64,000 bases of DNA. It comes from Ginglymostoma cirratum. Its lineage: Eukaryota. Numbering within the stretch: position 1 is the first letter of the stretch; each line of letters opens with the position of its first letter. Positions 13,978-26,661 of this stretch are shown piece by piece. The notes under the pieces were generated by a model. That model saw only the letters and a list, made by a program, of their open reading frames with translations. It was not told the origin of the DNA and searched no databases. The stretch is taken from positions 57,365,650 through 57,429,649 of the forward strand of contig JAHRHZ010000016.1 of NCBI GenBank assembly GCA_024137785.1. Reading direction: 5' to 3'. A program made the position numbers and the translations under genes.

Positions 13978-13996
13978 TTTATTGTAGTTCTTTATT
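13978..13996 (-). terminator. Tandem polyadenylation signals (AATAAA x2)
   Basis: Plus-strand tttatt at 13978-13983 and 13991-13996, followed on the minus strand by a U/GU-rich tract. Confidence 0.5.
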
Positions 13997-16844
13997 ATTC
14001 AATGCACTGGTACTATAATTAAGCCCTCTTTAAGAGAAGCAATCATACCAGTGCATACAATTATTATTTATACCGAGACATTACATTTAAAAAGAACAAA
14101 AAAATACCAATAACAGATTAATGTTTGTACATTTAGTATTAATGTTTCCAAATGAACATACTAGTAACAAAAATGCATTAACTGTGCAACACAGCTGAAA
14201 TACAAAGCGAAACAGGCAGGTTATATTTCATATTTAAGCCAAAGAAGTCAACCTCTCACAGCTATACAGAGATGAATCAATAGCTTAACATAATTACATT
14301 TTAGCTCTCTGTACAAAAAATTCATAACTTACCAAAACAATTTTTTTTTTACAAGGATAGACAACAGCATGCCTGTCAAACAAAGTCAACTTGTGACGTT
14401 TGGGCTGAATATGTTAGTGAGTGTCTTTCAGTTCCTTAATCTCTACACTGGATTCCTCTTCCCATACCCAATTCCTTTTCCCAGTGGCAGCATGGTAGAA
14501 AAAAATGGTATAGTTCTGATCCAGCCTTTGGTAAGTTGCAAATGCTGAAGCAACCAACAGATAATGAGCTGGATAGGGCAAGACATAAGCTTAAGTGATG
14601 GTGCAAAGTGATAAAAAGGGAGAGACGGAACTGAGCTTGTTGAGATGTCCTTGAGAAAATCTCTTTGAGTAGGCAGTGCATTTATCAACATTTGGCAGTA
14701 ACAGATTGGGAGTGTGCAGATTCTTTACTCCGAATGGAGTTTTGATGAGCGAAATGAAAAAAAGAGACTTGAAGAGGGAAGGCATTATTTACAGTGACTT
14801 GAGTGGAGATGCTTGATGTGACTAGACTGCACCAATGCAAAAAAAAGAAATAATTTAACAATGATAAGACTAATAGGCTGGATAATTGACACACATGTCA
14901 AAACTCATCAAAACCTTGGCAGACATGGTTTACTGTCAGAAATTATCTGCTTATCCATCACAGCACTTAATATCACGATAAATAATTTTTCAAATTGTAG
15001 TTTTATTCTATAAAATGTCCTCAGTTTGATTTTAAAAATGTAAGAAACAAGAGTGTTTCAATGTATACCGAACATCAAAATGAATGGAAACCCCTTGCTC
15101 CCCAGTAAAACTGGCTTGGTTTTGCTACGTTTCATTATCTACAACATGATATGATTGAAAATGACCTTATTCTCGGTGAAAATGCAAAGTTCGAACTAGA
15201 ATCGAACCACTGAAGAACACGTGCACTTAGTTCAAGCATTCCTTCATTCAATCTGAGGTGACTTTATAAAGAAAATTAGAAATCATTCCTCTTTTTGTTT
15301 CTGTTGAGTGATCTATGATTCTCCTCCTTACAGGTAGCCAATCCTGGTGGGAATCCCACAGAAAGAAAGAGGCATGCTCTAGATGACAACTGAGGTCCAT
15401 CAGTTCTCGGACGTGGATGTAAAAGACCTTCCAACTATATGTCAAACAAGAGTAAGGAGTTCTCCTCATGTCCTGGCTAATATTTAACCCTCAATCAGCA
15501 TCATGAAAGCAAATTAACTGATCATCATCATACTGCACTTTGTGGAGGGGGGCATTACTGAGCATAACCTGGTTGTCGTGTTTTGAAATATTACATCAGC
15601 TCCAACATTTCAATGGTACTTTGTTGGCTTGGAACACCTTGAGATCATGAAAGGTGCTATATAAATGCAAACTTTTTTTTGCCATACAACATGTCCTGGT
15701 GTGTTTTATATCAACCCTGCCTCCTCTACACCAATTTGTAGTCAACTTTGTTCCTATTGCACTGTAGATAACGTTGACATTTTGAAAATAAAGTCCACTC
15801 ATTGGAAGGCCTTTTCCTTGTCGTTTGGTTTTAATTCACACCTTTTTAAATATCTAATCTATCTCATTGTTAAGCTAAATATAAATACCCTGTACTCTAT
15901 TCTTTCTCCTACTACAATCTATCAAAGAGTATATCTTTTTGAATTTACTGTTTAGTGTGCAATTCTAGCCACAGTAAATGATTGCAGTGGAATATATTTT
16001 AGGCACCCGACACTTGTAAAGAAATTCCAAGCAGTCAAAGCTTGAACTTCAAAGAACGTCACTATCCAATCTCTGAATCTTTGAAAATTTAAGATGCAGC
16101 TTTTTGGAAATAGAATTCCGCTGGTTTTAAGGTCTTGATTGTAAACTTAGTTTTGAACTATACTTGAGACCTGTACATTTTTGCCCTCATAATTCCCTTT
16201 TGGAATGCAAAATACTGCCAATTAAAGAAAAAGGTGACTGGGTACAACATCTAGAAAAGCAAGGCCCCTGTAGCCACCCCTTCACAATAAAGCAGGTTAC
16301 CTGTCATTTTTTATCTGATCAACATAGCCCATCATGTCATCTAACCACAGCTAATTGGTGACAGTAATGTTAAGGGTCTTTTTAAAATGCCCCAAAACTA
16401 AAAGCAAAATGCTGCTGATGCTGGTGATCTGGAAAAAAAAAGGAAGTCTGAGGGGTAGAAAAAAATAATGGGCAGAACCTTAAAGGGGGCTGAGTGATGT
16501 GTGTTATGTCTCAGTGTCAGGAGCATCTCACTGTCCATTCCTTCATGCTTTTGACAAGCACAATTAGCATGTTTCTCACTATGCAGCAACAAGTTGCCAA
16601 TTAAGGGCATTATTGCTCGTTAAACACCTTTGACAGACCAATTAGCCTCATTAATATTCAGTTTCCTAGCTCACTAAACTCACAAAACAAGCTTAGATGT
16701 TAAGAAAATGCAGCCTGAAAATCAGAATGGGTACCTGGCATATTCAGCTCATTGCTTGCTCTGAACATGTTGGACACTGGGCACCAGTATCTCAGGGTAT
16801 GCTCCATAGGTATTCGCCACACACTATCCCACATCCACCAGATT

Positions 16845-17198
16845 AACAGATTCCCTACTGTGTGGAAGCAGGCCATTCAGCCCAGCAAGTCCATACTGGC
16901 CCTCCAAAGAACATCCCAGTCAGACACAGGCCCCAACCTATCCCCTCAACCCTGCATTCCCCATGGCTAACCCACCTAGCTTGTACAATCCTAGACACTA
17001 TGGGTAATTTAGCACGGTTAATCCACCCAAACTACATATGTTTGGACTGTCAGAGGAAACTGGAGCACCCGGTGGAAACTCACACAGGCATGAAGGGAAA
17101 GTGCAAACTCCACACAGACAATTGCCCAAAGGTGAAATTAAACTTGGATCCCTGGCGCTTTGAGGCAACAGTGCTAACCACTGAGCCGTCGCGCCGCC
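16845..17198 (-). mobile_element. HE1-type V-SINE
   Basis: tRNA-like head GGCTCAGTGGTTAGCACTGTTGCCTC, V-domain GTTTCCACCGGGTGCTCCAGTTTCC, CR1-like tail. Confidence 0.88.
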
Positions 17199-18506
17199 AC
17201 CAGCACTGGGACCTGATTTGTGCCAACCTCCAAGAACCGCCATTGCACATCACCAATCCATTTACGGGATGCTTCAGCACTTAGAGTCAGAGAATTACAC
17301 AGCATGAAAATAGACCCTTTGGTCCAACTGTCCACACTGACCATGTTCCCAAACTAAACTGGTCACACCGGCCTGCGCTTGACCCAATTACCTCCACACC
17401 TTTCCTATTTGTGAACGTATCCAAATGTCTCTTAAATGTTGTAACTGTATCTATACCTTGGTGGGAATTGGTTACAGCAGCCGATATAAATTGAAGACGA
17501 AGTAGTAGAGAGAAGAAGGTAGTGTGTACACTTGGCTGAGACTGCTGTAACATGGCTAGTAACCTCCAACCAAGCTGGCATGATCCACAGCATGGCCTCC
17601 TCTGGTGGTTTCTGGGTTAAGAGGGGGTCCTGCCCTATTCCTGATCCACAAAGCAGTGAGCTGATTTCCCTCTGACCACCATGTCTGGGGCAATTATCAG
17701 AAGCCATGTCGGGCAGCTCCTGACTAGCAGTGCCTACCTGGGTACACAATAAGCTTTTAAAGGTGCAAGGGATGCCTGAGATCAGTGTGCGGTAAAATGA
17801 GGACAGAATTGGGTTTGGAGATCATATTAGGGATGGGGAAGTAGGCAATTGGATGAGTTTGGTAAGTCACAAGAGAAAAAACTTGCTAGGCCTCATCCAA
17901 ATGCAATGTGATTCTTCTTCAGAAGGATACTCATATTGCACTTCAATTGGTTCTCTCTCCAGGCCTGCTGATTTTTGTTTCCCAGTGATTTCTGCTTTTA
18001 TTTTGAAATATTCCTATTTGTTTTTAATCTGGAACAGTTTCTGAGAAATCCGAGCACTTAAAGTGAAATTCAGCCTTTCGTCCTCTCCTCACCTGAAAAC
18101 CAGTGAAAAGTCCTGACGGAAAGTCCCATTCACTGGCACTCGCTGATCTCCATTGACTCCTGTTCCACCAAAGTGTCAAACTTAAAATTTATTCACTATT
18201 GTTCAAAATCTCTCTGTGGCCTCTTCTTGTCCTTATCTCTGTGACCTTTCGCAGCCCCACAGCCCTCCATGTGCACTGTGCTGCTTCGATTCTGGCATTG
18301 TGGATACTCCCAGTTTAAATCACTTCACCATTGGTGGCCATGTCACCTATTGGTTGGGTCCTGAGCTCCAGAATTCTCACCAAATCTTTATAATTTGCAA
18401 ACTGCCTTTCCCTTAGAGACATCCTGGATAAGACTTGCTTTGTTCATCTCCTTCTTTGTTTCAGTGTCCATTTTCCACAGATTTTACTCCCGTGAAGTGT
18501 CTTTCG

Positions 18507-18850
18507 ATCACAGAATCCCAACAGTGTGGAAGCAGGTCATTTGGCCCATTGGTCTCCGAAGAGTAACTGAGCTAGACCTAGCGCCCCCTGCCCAAGCCCT
18601 GTAAGCCTGTATTTCCCATGGCTAAATTACCGAGCCTGCATATCCCTGGACACCACAGGGTAATTTAGCACGGCCAATCCACCTGCACATCTTTGGACTG
18701 TGGGAGGAAACCAGAGCACCCGGAGGAATCCCACGCAGACACGGGGAGAATATGCAAGCTCCGCACAGGTAGTTGCCCAAGGGTGGAATTGAACTTGGGT
18801 ACTTGGTGCTGTGAGGCATCAGTACTAACCACTGAGCCACTGAGCCACCC
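18507..18850 (-). mobile_element. HE1-type V-SINE
   Basis: Same head, V-domain and tail as 16845-17198. Confidence 0.88.
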
Positions 18851-19794
18851 TCTGACTTCAGGGTCACAGAACTGTTATGGTGCTGGAGGAGGCTATTCAG
18901 CTCATCATGATGCACCATTCTAAAACCTAGTGCCAATCTCCTGCCTTTTTTCCCCATTATGTTGCACACCATTTCTATCCAAATAATCATCCAATGCTCT
19001 CTTGAATGTGAAGGTGATAAATCAATCAAAGTTGTTTTAATTTGATAATCCTGGTGTGAATAATTCCTTAAATGCAATTTACAATGATGAAAATATTATA
19101 ATTAGTTCTCTGAATGCTTTGACATTGACAAACTTTGAAGCTGCAATTTGTGTCACTGTTGTGTGCACAGAAATTCTTATCCAATTTTAAATCCGCATGC
19201 ATCATATAAGTGCAAATGAAACCTGAACATATTTTGTATGTGCGTTTTTTGTAGGACTGTTTGCAGCAAAAGTGGTTTAAGTTTAAGCTTTCAACGTTGT
19301 AATACAACTTTCACGTACACAGTACCAAGAACGTAGCTAAACATCTCGAGGGCATTCAGCATTATGGACCAGGTTCAAATGATGGTTGGTTTGACCTTCA
19401 AAGGGAATGATGAAAACCTCACTGCAGCTGCAGATGGTTGTTTCATTTTCACCTGGCTACCAGGCAGGCTGCCAAACTGCACGGCAAGGGTTGCGAAGCC
19501 AAGGTGGGGCGAGCTAAGTGTCATGGGTATATGTGTGGAAACTGACCCACGTTTATAGATAATACTCATGAAACATCTTAATCCAGAGAGTAGTGGGAAT
19601 GTGGAGCTCGATTACTGCAAAGAGTAACAGAGACGAATTGCATTTAACATGTAGATACATAAATACAAGGGAGGACAGAACAGAAGATAATGCTGATAAA
19701 GTTTGATGAAAGGAAGAGGTATCGGTTTAGCATTCGCACTGACATGGACTCATTGAGTCAAATGGTCTCTCCCGGTACTGGTAATTCCATTTAT

Positions 19795-20102
19795 TTTTAT
19801 TCACACAGAATGTGGGCTCCGGTTAGGCCAGCATTTATTGCCCATCCCTAATTGCCCAGAGGGGAATCAAGAGTCAACCACATTGCTGTGGGTCTGGTGG
19901 TACATGTAGGCCAGACCAGGTAAGGATGCCAGTTTCTTTTCCTAAAGGACACTTACCAGATGGGCTTTTCCCGATAATCGGCAATGGTTTTATGGCCATC
20001 ATTGTGCTGTTAATTCCAGATTCTTTACCCCAGGTCCCCCAGACATTAGCTGAGATTCTGGATTAATGGTTTAGTGATAATACAACTAGGCCATGCCTCC
20101 CC
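19795..20102 (-). mobile_element. tRNA-derived SINE (GGGCAATTAGGGATGGG-tail family)
   Basis: gcatttattgcccatccctaattgccc...ggccagaccaggtaagg. Further copies at 27230-27540, 38455-38795, 42960-43210, 47765-48100, 52220-52430 and 58190-58570. Confidence 0.8.
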
Positions 20103-21404
20103 TGAGCCAAAGACATTCTTGTTGCATGCATGTAACATCAAGATGAGAAATAGGAGGTGGCTAAGGGGAATGGATGCAATAACATCCAGAACAAAGGGGC
20201 ACTTGGCAATATTTGTGGCAACTAGTTCTATCAATGACAATGAGTTGAGTGAGTGACATCAAGAAAGCATTGGAATTTGACTCACAAGATTCCCAGGTCT
20301 GGTAATAAAATCATTTACCTCTGCACATTCTCACCTATTATTCCCCTGGTTAAGAGATAATTAGTTAGGCATGCGCGAGTCACTTCAGAGCTCCATTATA
20401 TTAGCACAGAGTAGTTGTAATAGCTCCTCCATGGTATTCCAATGTTGTCTTCATCGCATCAAGCTCTTTCATTGTATTTGCTTCATTACATTTAAATGTA
20501 ACTTTTAATTACATTAAAATTGGATTTGGTGATGACCCTTAAAAAGAACCAAAGTGGAAGCTAGTAGAGCTTTTAAAATGGTGACATTCCTTTGCAATGA
20601 CTAGCCTTCCATGTGCTGCAGTTAAAATATCCTCTGGCTAGATCTCCATCAGAACTAGAACATTTGTAGCAAGGCCTTCCTGCTTTCTAGTGAATGGCTA
20701 AAATGCAGGCAGTGCTTATAATCATAGCTTCCATAAAGTTTACTTAATTGATCAGAAGAAATTCCGAAGAGGTGTCCCTGAAAGGTGTTAGGTGAGAAAG
20801 GGTTACTGCAGTAGCTGGGGAGGATGTGAGATAGGGATGCACTATCTAAAAGATGGTAAACTGATGGTCCACTTTCATCCTTCTTCTTATACCTTAACAA
20901 CATTAACAGAGCAGCTACAGCTATTATTAGGCCCCTACTTAACATGATAAAGAAATTCAGGCCATCAGTTTCTGTTCCCCTGTCAAGACCTATCTAGTTC
21001 TGCCCAATTAAAATAGAATACAGCATAAATCTTCATCGGTCCAATTAAATGCCAGAAAAGAAAGTTTTGAGACTATCTGTTGAAAAATTTATTTTTAGGG
21101 TGACTGGGTACATAGGAGGCCATTCTGCCCATCATTTCCTTGCCAGTTCTTTGAAAGAGCTATGAAATTTGTCACAATCTGTTCTTTGTTCCCTGTAGCA
21201 CTGCAAATCTTTCCCTATTAAACATATATTCACAACATGTGAACTGGATCTTTATTTCTCTGTCATTAAGCTTTAGACAATAGCTTCAACTGGTGCGCTC
21301 CCTCGGCATTGGAAGGAAGGAGCTGATCTTGGTCACCATACGACATTCAGAAGTTTTATTTCCTCTCAATGCATTCGCAGATATGAAAATAAGATCTGCT
21401 GAAG

Positions 21405-22095
21405 AAAGGCACATTTTGTCAAAGATTTTTGTTTGTACTCGTCAGGACAATTCACAAGAAATACTGCTCAGAGGACAGTGGTGATTGGTCAGCAAGTGGA
21501 CTCTGATTGGTAGAAGTGGTGTTGTGGAAGATACAACCATCTTATTGATATGCAGCTAGCAAGGTATTGACCGCATCCAACCAGCTGCTCTTGCAAAATG
21601 TATAACATATTACCTAACATTAGATAGAATTTTACAATTGGACGACATTTGTTGAATAATCTCAAGTGTGCAATGAATTATGCTGACAATAGGATTGTCA
21701 GCCAAGCTCACAGTTCTTGTTAGTACTAGAAGTGATACATATTCTTACAAATGGCCCTGTTCTTCACATGAATAGGCACACGCATTCCACCTCTTTCAAC
21801 TTGACAAAATAGGTGATAGTCACTCATTGGTTAATGTTTCAGGACAATGCCTTGACAAATCAGAGTAAACATGCATTGTTTGAAATTTAAGCAAAGTCCG
21901 GCAGTTAACTGCCAGTTATCATTTTACATGAGCATTCTCCATGGCAATACCTTTACCAATCGGAGTCTGCTTGCCAACCAATTAGCACTGCCCTCTCCAA
22001 AATGTTGGTTTTACCCTAAAATTGCTATTCTTGTGAATTGCCCTGACGAGAAAAATGAATAGCTTGGACAAAATGGGTCTTTTTATCAACGATAC
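21405..22095. mobile_element. Element with inverted termini, each carrying a decayed hammerhead-like motif
   Basis: ~21410-21530 is a diverged reverse complement of ~21940-22080 (ttcttgtgaattgYcctgacgag...gacaaaatg; ccaatcRgagtc). Confidence 0.6.
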
Positions 22096-22989
22096 TCAAG
22101 TTCTGTACCACCAAATGGTATAAAAATAAATTAGATTTGTCTTTTTTTTGTGTCCAAGAAGGCCCACAATGCAAAAATAAATGATTGCTAGATGGGTAGG
22201 AATGGCAATGAGGTTTCCTGCAGTTTAGAAAACGTGCTCTTGTGGAATAAGTGGGATCTTGGAGATGTTGTGGGTCTCCCTGGCTGGACAGAGACCCTTG
22301 CTGCCCATATTCAGGGAGGCTCGCTGATCCACAAGCCAATTGGCCTGTGGTAAGTCTACTGGGAGGCCTCCCCCTAACTTTGAGATCCTGGGAACCGAAT
22401 CAGAGACTAGAAGCTCTTGTGCTTGGCCAAGCAGGACAGGAAACCATGGCTGTTGCCATGGGAATTCAGACTGAGGGTCCCAGTGCTGCGGAGTGACCCA
22501 GGCCTTGGGAACATAAGGAGGTGAGGCCTACCTGGAGGGGGGGGAGTCAACAGCATGGTGCAAGGGTGATACCACAACCCAGCCACCCGCCTTCCACTTC
22601 TTGATTTCCAGGCCCTTGATCAGACAGCAAGATTCTTTAATCACAGGACTGACACCTCCTCATGGGAGACGACAATCTGGTTGCTTGACGTTCAGCCTGC
22701 CTGCCACTGGGTTAATACAGGCAGCAGTAGGATGGAGCTTTAAAGCAGCCTCTAATTTGCAATCCAAAGGCCTCAGTGGATGGCAGACTGACCATGGGGA
22801 CAGTAGTGAGTTTCAGTATGGCACCACCCTGATTTATTAAAAACCCTTCCCACCTCCAAGCTTACCACCAGCAACAGCAGAAAATTCTGCCCAGGGTCTT
22901 TTGAAAACAGCAATCACGTCTGGAGACTGAACAAACACCCGTTATTTTGAGTCTTGCCCACGGATGTGACTGCAAGTTCCATAGTTTAT

Positions 22990-23020
22990 GAAACAGAAAC
23001 AGAAACAGAAACAAGAAACA
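22990..23020. repeat. (GAAACA)n microsatellite
   Basis: gaaacagaaacagaaacagaaacaagaaaca. Confidence 0.85.
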
Positions 23021-24834
23021 ATGTCTTACTCAACTTGGCTGTGCTTTCCAAAGGTAATAAGGCACAGACAGCCTTTGTAACCAAACCTTACTGATGTCTG
23101 CATTTGTAAGATCAAAGCATCTAGCATGAGATTTCCTTTTAAAATCTTGTTGCATCGTGTTTTGCTTCTGAAGCTCAACCAATATTGACGTAATGGACAT
23201 TACATTAATGATAATTGCAACTTTTAGCAGACACAGGCTCAGGAATGCTTTAAGCACAACTCTAAGGACTCAAAGTTAAACAAACCGATATTGCATGTTA
23301 TGTTCCACTAAAAATTACCTCCGGCTGGCTCCATAAAAAACCTTAGATGAGATTCCCATTAAGTAAAGAGGGTTCCTTAAGCCTTCTCTCTCAGATACTT
23401 TATGCTTCATTTTGATGGAACTTGGCATCAGGGATCTGTATCAGGTTTGAGCAGCCTGTAGTATTCTGGGTGAAAACCCTGATCTCTGCATGCCAGCATT
23501 TGATGCCTCCTTCTGTACTCTCTCTCTCTCCACTATTTAAGATGAGATGTGAACCCATGTCTTTCAAACAAGTTAACAGTTCGCTCCCACTAACAATAAG
23601 CATTGAGGAAGATCAGATGAGTGCTTTTAGAAAGCGCTTGGGAGTTAACTGTCCACAATGCAATTCCAAAGTCCTTTCTTTTTACACTTTCATCCGTCTT
23701 GGGTGAAAGCTCTCGACTGTTGAACATCCTTCATTGTTTCTGTCCTTGGACCATCGATTCACAAATTGTTCACCATCAATTTTGTACAGGGACTGTTTTC
23801 TTCTGGATTTAGTTGTAGGTGGACATGTTGTATTTGACCGTCAAGGAAAGACTGCAAGACTATGAAGGAAAGAAAGATCTTCCTGGAATGGAAAAGATAA
23901 GAGGGTTGGATATATCCGATGGTCTTGTCATGTAAATTCAAAAGATTGAACACCACTTTTAAGGATAAAACAGTCTCAGGATTTGAGTCTTCCCTCATAA
24001 ATGCAGAGGCTACGAGCATGGAATTCTTTCTTCACACTCCAACTCGGTGTCAGGACTTACATCGTAATAAATATTCTCAAAAAAAAAGTGCTTGTGATCA
24101 CAAATCTCTAAGGCATACCATACAACATGTAAGATGATGAGTTTTCACTCCACGGAAAATACGGACAGAGCACTTCAATTTAATGCACAATTTTCCATTT
24201 TTATCTGTGTAGGTTTACTTTCAGCTTCAAAAAGAGGGTATAAAATACAGAGTCAAATGACTCCATCATGTGTCAGACTCTCAGTTTTGACCTTACGCCT
24301 CAGTCTGACCCCTTCAGCAGTCTGTCATGAAGCAGCATGTTCTTCACATGGGCTGGATGATCCAAAGTGCGAGACAACGCAACAAATGAATTCTTCGGGA
24401 GCAATTCTTCTCGCAGTTATCGAGCAGGGACTCAACATACGTGCTTTCTTCTCAGGCATTTCACTTTGTCTTTTTCTCTCTCAGGCACTCTTTTGTCTCC
24501 ATCTCAAACACAGTCCTGATTAGACACGACCTCCAGGCAGTGCGGAAGGTGGCGAAATGCCTCAGGAATCTGTTGTTCCGAAGAAGCCAGTGAAGTTCCA
24601 CAGAAATGTGTGATGTCGGCGTTTTGTTTTCTTTTGAAGTACTACGTACAGGTCCCTCTGGTGGGAGGAGCATCAACCAGCTCCACAACATAGCCATGAG
24701 TCTGAAGGACGGCTGGAGGAGGCCCCGATGTCAGTGACTCAATTCGGAGCTGCAGAGCAGCAAGGGGTTCCACCAGTCATGGTCCTGGCAGAGGTAGAGA
24801 CAGAAATGCAGAAAAGGAGTGCACAGCACAGTCA

Positions 24835-24956
24835 CTATAATAAATGAGCTTCGACCCTCAGCCAATGCAGTCCCTGTCGAGTGTATCTAACCAAGGTAGT
24901 CATGTTGCTGTGCTGTGTCAGTGGTCCCATCAGTGTGTCCAGCTCATGAAAAAACT
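24835..24956 (-). CDS. AFF2: AFF2 last coding exon to stop
   Basis: cactgcag|[41 protein letters not shown], then [17 protein letters not shown] and AHLL* match the AFF2 C-terminus better than AFF1/3/4. Confidence 0.96.
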
Positions 24957-26094
24957 CTGCAGTGAAGGAAAACATGAAACATGAAGTGTCACTGTACTGC
25001 ACATTTACAGCAAAGTGCAATTCACAACACCCTGAGATCTCATCAATGATGCTGTTACATTCCAGTGTTCCAATATTATTTTACCATTCTTACATCTTAC
25101 TTTCGTTAGCTTGTAAGCTGCTTTATTTTAAATCCCTTCCCTAAGACACATCATGTTTACACTTTGAGATTATCTTTGATATTGCACTTTCCAACTGATT
25201 TGCAATTAACTGCATCTAATGAAATACATTCGATCGATATTATCCCTTGTTAATTCTCAGAGCAGAAGTAGGTATCATTCAGCCTTAACTACTGTGCAAA
25301 CAACATCACTCATCTATAATATGCCTTGATAGAAAACCTCTTAACTTTAAACTTTTTAATTAAATATCACAAACAACCGTTCAAGTGCTTTACATGATCC
25401 AGCATAATTTAGTTGGAATTCATTTTTTTTTAATGAGATTTAATATCCCATTTCACTTGCTGAGCTGGGAATGCCACGATTCACAGAAATAGTATTTATT
25501 TGACCTGCTGGAAGCAGAACTGAAAAGGGAAATTATACCTCTGGCATCTAATCAGTTCTGAAGAAATTGTGAGAGGATTATAACTGTGTGTGAGCACGGT
25601 ATTACAAGTAATATATTTTAAAGCAAAAACATTTTCTGTTTAGAAAATGAGAATGTACATTTTGCTTCTTTTTTCAAATCTTTACTTATTAAACTAAAAT
25701 GATGTAAAGACAACCTTTACATCAACATTAAATCTGGATGAGGAAGATAGTTATCTTTGTGTTATCTTTGGCCCTTAGTCAAGCTTCTGATGACATAGTT
25801 GCATCATCATTAAAGACTCTCCATCTCCAAAAAGCACCATTACTGCCTCAACTCCTCTGTTGCTGAGAACTTTATTCATGCCTCTGTTACCTCTTGATAG
25901 CTCCAAAAGCCCAGCCTCTGGTACTCTACCCTCTATAACGTGATGTCATCTAAAGGTCTTTGTTGCCAAATTGGATTTGATTTTGCTCTGAATGTCTCCC
26001 TGTCCTTGGTTCTCCCACCAGAGGATGTAAATCCTCTGTCACTGTCCTCGCAAATCCATTCACATAATAAACGCTAAAATAAGACAAAAAAACT

Positions 26095-26300
26095 GTGTAT
26101 GCAGGAAATCTAAAATGAAAAACAAAATTGCTGGAGAAACTCAGCAGGTCTGGCAGCATCTGTGGAGAGAGAAAATCAGATTTAATGTTGAGTCCAGTGA
26201 CCCTACTTCAGAGGAAGCGTCACTGCCCTCAAAATGTTAACTGGGTTTCTCTCTCCGCAGATGCTGTCAGACCTGCTGAGTTTCTCCAGCAATTTCGGTT
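26095..26300. mobile_element. Palindromic two-arm Penelope-derived element
   Basis: ctggagaaactcagcaggtctggcagcatctg ... cagatgctgtcagacctgctgagtttctccag inverted arms around degenerate hammerhead halves. Confidence 0.8.
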
Positions 26301-26322
26301 CTTAGTTAACATTTTAAATGGC

Positions 26323-26460
26323 ACAGTTCTGAGGAAGGGTCACCAGACCCGAAACTTGAACTCTGTTTTCTCCTTCACAGATGCTGCCAGACCTGCTGAG
26401 CTTTTCCAGCAACTTTGTTTTTGTTCCTGATTTACAGCATCCGCAGTTCTTTTGATGTTT
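26323..26460 (+). mobile_element. 138-bp hammerhead-headed non-autonomous element with 12-bp TSD
   Basis: TSD attttaaatggc at 26311-26322 and 26461-26472. CTGAGGA-A-GGGTC-acca-GACCC-GAAAC at 26329-26355. Confidence 0.8.
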
Positions 26461-26661
26461 ATTTTAAATGGCTTGATCAGATCACCCCTCTATTCTTCAA
26501 AACACGCTTATGTAACTAACCTTCATAACTGGACTCCCCTTATCATTCTGATGAATCTGCACCGATATACTTACACTTTCTGAGACATACACCCAAATCT
26601 TAACACAGCATATTACAACAAGGAACACATGCATCACTTTAGCTCATGAAATAGTTCTGAC

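Larger units (their letters stand above)
13960..24834 (-). other. AFF2: Probable long AFF2 3'UTR (~10.9 kb)
   Basis: Follows the stop codon. Ends in an AU-rich, repeat-free block (13960-15000) with two minus-strand AATAAA. Mammalian AFF2 is known to have a multi-kb 3'UTR. The extent is inferred. Confidence 0.5.
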
